Translations under genes and position numbers: made by a program
Shown: positions 19,472 to 20,000 of the stretch, piece after piece
Layout of the letters: every line of letters begins with the position of its first letter
How positions within the stretch are numbered: position 1 is the stretch's first letter
Assembly (NCBI RefSeq): GCF_004010195.1
Contig: NC_057755.1
Coordinates: forward strand, 12,448,127-12,468,126
Length of the DNA: 20,000 bases
Reading direction: 5' to 3'
DNA from: Chiloscyllium plagiosum
Taxonomy: Eukaryota
The notes under the pieces: model-generated
The model's database searches: none
Seen by the model: the letters and a program-made list of their open reading frames with translations, nothing else
What the model was told of the DNA's origin: nothing

Positions 19472-20000
19472 TTTTTTCAATTTCAAAAATATACTTTATT
19501 CATAAAATACTTTAATGGTCTGTACAGTTGGACATGCCATACATATGTAAACATTCCATTTGTTTGCATATTGAAACAGAGTTACCATTCCTATTTACAG
19601 GTCTGTACGATTACATTTTTAGCTGAGGCGTCAGCAGAGCCCAAATGACTCCTTGGGCCCCCTGTTCTTCTTTAGGCAGGCAGATGTTACAAGGTGGTTT
19701 TTCCCCACCGCGCCTTGGCGGCAGCTGCCCCAAGCTTCAGCGCGTCCCTCAAAACGTAGTCCTGGACCTTGGAATGTGCCAGTCTGCAACACTCAGTCGG
19801 GGTCAACTCCTTTAACTGGAAGATCAACAGGTTTCGGACCGCCCAGGGAGCGTCCTTCACCGAGTTGATGATCCTCCAGGCACAGTTGATGTTCGTCTCG
19901 GTGTGCGTCCCGGGGAACAGGCCGTAGAGCACGGAGTCCCGCGTCACGGCGCTGCTCGGGACGAACCTCGACAAACATCACTGCATTCCTCTCCAGACTT
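19472..20000 (-). mobile_element. Tx1/L1-clade LINE 3' end (ORF2 C-terminus, 3' UTR, poly-A), runs off window end
   Basis: ORF 19687-19974(-) VLYGLFPG..WRIINSVKDAPWAVRN..CCRLAHSKVQDYVLRD..KARWG* resembles the Tx1-type ORF2 end; AATAAA then A7 on the minus strand at 19472-19500; CpG-rich, so likely young. Confidence 0.8.

Noticed and set aside
334..19981. ORF-track entries as host protein-coding genes
   Set aside because: They are broken retroelement ORF pieces, antisense shadows of them, or SINE read-throughs; none is an intact RT or a recognisable host gene.
1..20000. Neighbouring hexokinase exons (120-bp LGFTFSFP exon; 184-bp TGxNACYME exon)
   Set aside because: Searched by eye in the non-repeat gaps and not found; they presumably lie outside the window, though a manual search could miss a diverged exon.

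Overview
Vertebrate genomic DNA, very probably from a shark or other elasmobranch (inferred from HE1/V-SINEs, a SacSINE1/DeuSINE-like element, HER1-type CR1 tails and shark-type Penelope termini). The only host coding sequence I can support is two + strand exons of a hexokinase-family gene (13012-13107, 96 bp; 13194-13293, 100 bp; 86-bp GT-AG intron), which the ORF track misses. The rest is intron filled with decayed, nested retrotransposons: about 10 CR1 pieces, 3 HE1 SINEs, a DeuSINE, two copies of a second CR1/L2-group LINE, 3 Penelope-like pieces, a Gypsy integrase relic and a Tx1/L1 3' end. Four things stand out. (1) Penelope-derived minimal hammerhead-ribozyme motifs, including a ~210-bp TSD-flanked fold-back element with one intact core at 4403-4431. 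(2) A LINE whose 5' end is a tRNA-derived Pol III/Deu-domain SINE head, while the free SINE in the window looks like head+tail of that LINE. (3) A ~1-kb-arm inverted CR1 pair that shares apparently inactivating mutations. (4) Inverted copies of one LINE flanking the two exons. Repeat family names come from recalled consensus sequences, not a database search, and repeat boundaries are approximate.
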